Shown: in pieces, positions 57,752 to 64,000 of the stretch | How positions within the stretch are numbered: position 1 is the stretch's first letter | Layout of the letters: the number at the start of each line of letters is the position of its first letter | Translations under genes and position numbers: made by a program | Assembly (NCBI RefSeq): GCF_009914755.1 | Contig: NC_060940.1 | DNA from: the human T2T-CHM13v2.0 reference genome, Homo sapiens | DNA length: 64,000 bases | Strand: one strand, 5' to 3' | Notes under the pieces: model-generated | Databases searched by the model: none | What the model saw: the letters and a program-made list of their open reading frames with translations, nothing else | What the model was told of the DNA's origin: nothing

Positions 57752-60700
57752 TCAAGTGCATTCGATGATATCATTCGATTCCATTTGATGATAATTCCAT
57801 TTGATTCCGTGCGATGATTCTATTCGATTCCATTCAATGATAATTCCATTCAGTTCAGTGATTCCTCTGGACTCCATTTGATGATGATTCCATTCAATGA
57901 TTCCATTCGATTCTATTCGAAAGTGATTCCATTTGAATCCATTTGATGATGATTCCATTAGATTCCATTTGATGATTCCATTCGATTCCATGCGACGATG
58001 ATTCCATTCGATTCCATGTGATGATTCCATTCTATTCTATTCGATGATGATTCCATTCGATTCCATTCGATGATGATTGGATTCGATTCCATTTGATGAT
58101 ATCATTTGATTCCATTCGTTAATGATTTCGATCAATTCCATTCGATGATTCCATTCGATTCCATTCGATAATGATTACATCCGTGTCCATTCAGTGATTC
58201 CATTTGAGCCTGTTCGATAATTCCATTTGAGTCCAACCAATGATTCCATTCATTTCCATTCAATGATTCCATTCGAGTCCATTTGATCATTCCGGTAGGG
58301 TCCATTCGATGTTGATTCCATTGGAGTGCATTCGATGATTCCATTCGAGTCCATTTTACGATTTGATTCGAGTCCTTTCGATGATTCCATTCGATTCCAC
58401 TCGATGATGATTTCATTCGAGTCCATTCGACACTTCCAATCGATTCCATTTGAGGTTTCCATTCGATTCCAATTGATGATTCCATTCAATTCCATTCGAT
58501 GATGATTCCGTAGGATTCCATTCTGTGATGATTCCATGTGATTGCATTCAATGATGATTCCTTTAGATTGCATTCGATTGTGATTCATTTCGTCTTCATT
58601 CTATGGTTCCACAGGTTTCCATTCGTGTCCATTCCATTATTCCATTCTATTCCATTTGATGATGATTCCATTCGATTCCATTCATTGGTGATTCCACTCA
58701 ATTCCATTCAATGATTCCATTCCATTTCTTTCAACAATGATTCCATTAGTTTCTAATCGATGATCCACTTGATTCCATTTGACGACGATTCCATTCTTGT
58801 CCATTCGATGGTTCCATTTGATTCCATATGATGATGATTCCATTCGATTCCATACGATGATGATTCCATTCGAGTCCATTCAATGGTGATTCCATTCAAT
58901 TCCATTCGATGATTCCTTTCGATTCCATTCGATGATGATGGCATTCGATTCCTTTCAATCATTCCCTTTGATTCCATTCAAAGGTGATTTCATTCAAGTC
59001 CATTCGATAATTGCATTCGATTCCATTCTATGATGATTCCATTCGAGTCCATTTGATGATTCCATTCAATTCAAGTCAATGATGATTCCATTCGATTCCA
59101 TTCGATGATTCCATTGGATTCCATTCGATGATGATTCCATTCAAATCCATTCGATAATTCAATTCAAGTCCATTCGATGATGATTAAAATCGAATCCATT
59201 CAAAGATTCCATTCAGTTCCATTCGATGATTCCCTTAGATTCCATTCGATGATTCCACTTGATTTCATTTACGATGATTCCATTCGATTCCATGTGATGA
59301 TTCCATTCAATTCTATTCAATGCTGTTTCCATTTGATTCCATTCGACCATGATTGCCTTTGATTCCATTCAATGACTCCATTCGGTTCCTTTTGATGATG
59401 ATTCCGTTCGATTCCATTTCATTATTCCATTTGATTCCATTGGATGAGTCCATTCGATTACATTCGATGATTATTCCATTCGAGTGCATTAGATGATTCC
59501 ATTCGAGTCCATTCGATGATTCCATTCGATTCCATTCGATGTTGATTCTGTTCAAATCCATTCGATGATTCCACTCGATTCCATTCGATGACTCCAGTTG
59601 ATCCCATTCGATGATTTCCTTTGATTCCCTTTGATGATCATTCCATTTGATTCAATTCGGTGATTTCATTTGATTCCATTCAGTGATGTTTCCATTCGAC
59701 TCCATTCGATGATGATTCCATTCGACTCCATTCGATTATGATTTCATTCAATTCCATTCGATAATGATTCCCTTCGAGTCCATTCGATGATTCCATTCGA
59801 TTCCATTCAACGATGATTTGATTCGTGTCCATTCGATGATTCCATTTGATTCCACTTGATGATGATTCCATTCGAGTCCATTTGATGATTCCATTCAATT
59901 CCATTCTCCGATGATTTCTTTTGAGCCCACTCAATGCTTCCACTCGATTCCATATGATGATGACTCCATTCGATGAAATTCGATGATGATTCCATTCGCT
60001 TGCATTCGATGATGATTCCACTTGAGTCCATTAGAAGATTCTATTCAATTACATTCCATGACGATTCCGTTCGAGTCCATTTGATGATTCCATTAGACTC
60101 CATTCGACGATGATTCCATTCGATGTTATTCGATGATTCCATTCGATCTCATTCGATGATGATTCCATTCAACTCCATTCGATGTTTCCATTCGAGTTCA
60201 TTCTATTATTCCATTAGATTCCATTCGATGATGATTCCATTCGATTCCATTTGATGATTGCATTCTATTTCATTTGATGATGATTCCATTCGAGTCCACT
60301 CGATGATTCCATTCGAGTCCATTTAATGAATCCATTGGTTTCAATTCTATGATGATTACATTGGATTCCATTCGTTGATGATTTCATTCGGTTCCATTCA
60401 ATGATGATTCCATTCAATTCCTTTCAATGTTTCCATTCAATTCCATACGATGATGATTCCATTTGATTTGATTCGACAGTGAGCCATTCGATTCAATTCC
60501 ATGATGATTCTATTTGATTCCATTGGTTGACATTTCCATTCGATTCCATTCGATGATGATTCCCTTTGATTCCATTCAAAGATGATTCCATTCTAGCCCA
60601 TTCAATCATTCCATTCGATTCTATTCAATGATGATTCCATTCATGTCGATTAGGTGATTCCATTTGACTTCATTTGATGATGATTCCTTTCAAGTTCATT

Positions 60701-63700
60701 AGATGATTCCATTCGATTCCATTTGATGATGATCCCATTCGAGTCCATTCAGTGATTCCACTCGTTTCCATTCCATGATGATTCCATTCCATTCCATTCA
60801 ATGATTCCATTCGATTCCGTTTGATGATGATTTCATTCGAGTCCATTTGATGATTCCATTTGATTCCATTCGATGATGATTCCATTCGAGTCCATTCGAT
60901 GATTCTATTCGAATCCATTTGATGATTTCTTTTGATTATAGTTGGTGATGATTCCATTGGAGTCCATTCAATGATTCCATTTGATTCCAGTCTCTGATGA
61001 TTACATTCGAGTCCATACGATGATTCCACTCAATTCCATATGATGATGATTCCATTCGATTCCATTCGGTGATTCCATTCTATTCTATTCAATGGTGATT
61101 CCATTCGAGTACATTAGATGATTCCATTCGATTCCATTCAATGATGATTCTATTTGTGTCCCTTAGATGATTCCACATGATTCCATTAGATGATGATACT
61201 ATTTGAGCCCATCCAATGATACCCTTCGATATCATTCGATGAGGATTCCATTCGATTCAATTCATTGGTGATTCTATTCAATTCAATTCTTTGATTCCAT
61301 TCCATTCCATTCGACAATGATTCCATTCGATTTCTTTCGATGATTCCACTCGATTCCACTTGACATTGATTCCCTTCGATTCCATTCAATGATTCCATTT
61401 GATTCCAGTGGATGATGATTGCCATCGATTCCATTCGATCACTCCATTCTATTCCATTTGATGATGATTACATTCGATTCCATTTGACGATTCCATCTGA
61501 TTCTATTCGAGGATTCCATTTGATTCCATTCGATGATGATTCCATTCGAGTCCATTCGATGATTTCATTCGAGTACATCCAATGATTCCATTCGAGTCCA
61601 TTTGATGATTCCATTTGATTCCATTTGATAATGATTCTACTAGAGTCCATTCAATGACTCCATTCGAGTCCATTCAACAATTCCATTCGACTCCATTTGA
61701 TGATTCCATTGGATTCCATTTGATGATTCCATTCGAGTCCATTTAATCATTACAGTCGAGTCCATTTGGTGATTCCACCGGATTTCTTTTGATAATGATA
61801 CCATTCAATTACATTTGATGATGATCCCATTCAATTTCATTTGATGATGATTCCATTAGAGTCCATTCGATGATTTCATTCGAGTCCCTTCATTGATTCC
61901 ATCCGATTTCATTGGATGATGACTCCATTCGAGTCCATTCGATGATTCCACTCGATTCCATTAGATGATTCCATTGGAGTCCATTTGATTGTTCCATTCG
62001 ATTCCATTCGATTCCTTTCGAAGATTATTCCATTTGAGTCCATTCGATGATGATTCCATTCCATTCCATTCGATGATTCCGTTTGATTCCATTCGATGAT
62101 TCCCTTCGATTCCTTTCTTTGATGATTCCATTCCATTCCATTCAATGATTCCATTCGAATCTATTCCATGATGATTCCTTTCGATTCCATTCGCTGATGT
62201 TTCCGTTCAATTCCATTCGATGATGATTCCATTCGATTCCATTCATTGAGGATTCCATTTGATTCCATTCAATGATGATTCCGTTCTATTCCATTCAATG
62301 ATTGCATTCAATTCCATTCAATGATTATCCCCTTAGAGTAAACTCAACGATTCCATTCAATACCATTCGATGATGATTCCTTTTGAGTCCATTCAATGAT
62401 TTCATTCAAGTCCATTTGATGATTCCTTTCAATTCCATTCTATGATGATTCCATTCGAGTCCATTCGATGATTCCATTCGATTGCATTCGATTATTCCAT
62501 TATATTCCAGTCAACGATGATTCCATTCGAGTCCATTCGATGATTCCATTAGAGTACATTTAATGATTGCTTTGTTTTCAATTCGAAGATGATTACATTG
62601 GATTCCATTCTATGATACCATTCGATTCCATTCAATGATGATTCCACTCAAATCCATTGGATGATTCCATTCGTGTCCATTCGGTGATTTCATTAGATTC
62701 CATTCGAGGATGATTCCATTCGATTCCATTCGATGATTCCATTCAATTCCATTCGAGGATGATTCCATTCCAGTCCATATGATCATTCCATTTGATTTCA
62801 TTCGATGATGATTCCATTCGATTCCATTCGATGATTCCATTCTATTCCATTCGATGATGATTCCATTCGAGTCCATTCGATGATTCCATTCGAGTCCATT
62901 TAATGATTCCATTGGGTTCAATTCAATGATGATTACATTGGATTCCGTTCTATGATTCCATTCAATTCCGTTCATTGACAATTTGATTCCATTCGATGAT
63001 GATTCCATTTGAGTTCATTCGATGATTCTATTCGATTCTCTTCGATGGTGATTCAATTCTATTATATTGGATGATTCCATTCGATTCCATTTGATGTTGA
63101 TTCAATTCGATTCTATTCGATGATGATTCCATTGGATTTCACTTGATGATTCTATTCGATTCCATTCAATGATGATTCACTTCTCGTCCATTGGATGATT
63201 CCATTTCATTCCATTCGATGATGATTCCATTCGATTCCATTCGATGATTCCATTTGATTCCATGCGACGGTGAGCAATTCGATTCAATTCCATGATGATT
63301 CTATTTGATTCAATTAGATGATGTTTCCATTCGAATCCATTCCATGATTATTCCATTGGAATCCATTTGGCGATGATTCCATATGAGTCAATTCAATGAT
63401 GATTCCATATGGGTCCGTTCGATGATAATTCCATTTGATTTCATTCGATGCTTCTATTCTATTCCAGTCGATGATGATTCCGTTGGAGTCCATACGATGA
63501 TTCCATTTGATTTCATTTGATGATGATTCCATTCGATGATGATTACATTGGATTCCATTCTATGATTCCATTCAATTCCATTCGTTGATGATTCGATTCC
63601 ATTCAATGATGATTCCATTTGAGTTCATTCGATGATTCTATTCGATTCCGTTCGATGGTGATTCAATTCTATTATATTGGATGATTCCACTCGATTCCAT

Positions 63701-63814
63701 TTGATGATTATTCCATTGGAGTCCACTTAGTGAATCCTTTAGATTCTACTCGAAGATGATTCCATTCGAGTCCATTCAATGATACCATTCAATTTCATTC
63801 ATTGATGCTTCCAT
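57752..63814 (+). repeat. Unit U11, A-type, 6063 bp (counterpart of U2)
   Basis: Same 49-bp deletion (~60981) and GATACCCTTCGATATC variant as U2 at offset 50495. Confidence 0.92.
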
Positions 63815-64000
63815 TCAAGTGCATTCAATGATATCATTCGATTCCATTTGATGATAATTCCATTTGATTCCATGCGATGATTCTATTCGATTCCATTCAA
63901 TGATAATTCCATTCAATTCAGTGATTCCTCTGGACTCCATTTGATGATGATTCCATTCAATGATTCCATTCGATTCTATTCCAAAATGATTCCATTTGAA
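63815..64000 (+). repeat. Start of a probable third B-type unit (partial)
   Basis: Carries markers otherwise seen at the start of U3/U6: CTATTCCAAAATG, upstream AATTTCATTC, GCGACGGTGAG and CCTTTAGATT. Confidence 0.75.

Larger units (their letters stand above)
1..64000 (+). repeat. Human satellite II (HSat2/HSATII) array, probably HSat2B (16q11.2/D16Z3-like), CATTC strand on +
   Basis: Continuous diverged ATTCCATTCG / CCATTCGATGATGATT / CCATTCGAGT elements forming 23- and 26-bp monomers, with abundant TCGA and GANTC sites. (ATG)n spacers distinguish it from pure (CATTC)n HSat3. The ~6.1-kb period fits the chr16 HSat2B array; the family call is secure, the chromosome call is inference. Confidence 0.97.

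Noticed and set aside
1119-63532. About 150 minus-strand ORFs of 60-164 aa (MESNGIIEWNR-type)
   Set aside because: They are direct translations of GAATG/ATC repeats. The minus strand is rich in ATG and poor in stops, the ORFs overlap in several frames, recur with the repeat period and are freely broken by indels. There is no domain or splice/promoter context.
1-64000. CRISPR-like or other prokaryotic repeat-spacer system
   Set aside because: The 23/26-bp monomers are contiguous and degenerate, with no unique spacers, leader or cas genes.
1-64000. HSat3 / DYZ1 or alpha satellite / CENP-B boxes
   Set aside because: There are no long perfect (CATTC)n runs (only a few tandem copies at most), no 3.6-kb or 171-bp period, and I noticed no CENP-B box. 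The (ATG)n-containing 23/26-bp grammar is HSat2.

Overview
The whole 64 kb is classical human satellite II (HSat2/HSATII) pericentromeric DNA in one orientation. It is made of diverged CATTC(G)/ATTCCATTCG + (ATG)n elements forming 23- and 26-bp monomers. I found no credible genes, RNA genes, transposons or CRISPR arrays; all listed ORFs are translation artefacts of the GAATG-rich minus strand. The monomers build a ~6,112-bp unit, which fits the ~6.1-kb HSat2B array of human 16q11.2 (D16Z3); this assignment is inferred from recall, not from a search. One recurring landmark (TCAAGTGCATTC, the stop end of the '...NDIIECT' ORF) falls at 1119, 7257, 13320, 17439, 23341, 29443, 33550, 39390, 45502, 51614, 57752 and 63815. 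Unit lengths are therefore 6138, 6063, 4119, 5902, 6102, 4107, 5840, 6112, 6112, 6138 and 6063, giving the order A A B C A B C A A A A (B...). The interest is architectural: a 4.1-kb variant carrying a ~1.8-kb HSat2 block absent from the canonical unit, a ~16.1-kb A-B-C duplication, a 50,495-bp super-period, indels mostly quantised to the 10/13/16/23/26-bp grammar, a templated 49-bp insertion and mosaic conversion tracts. I see no evidence of a novel protein-coding system.
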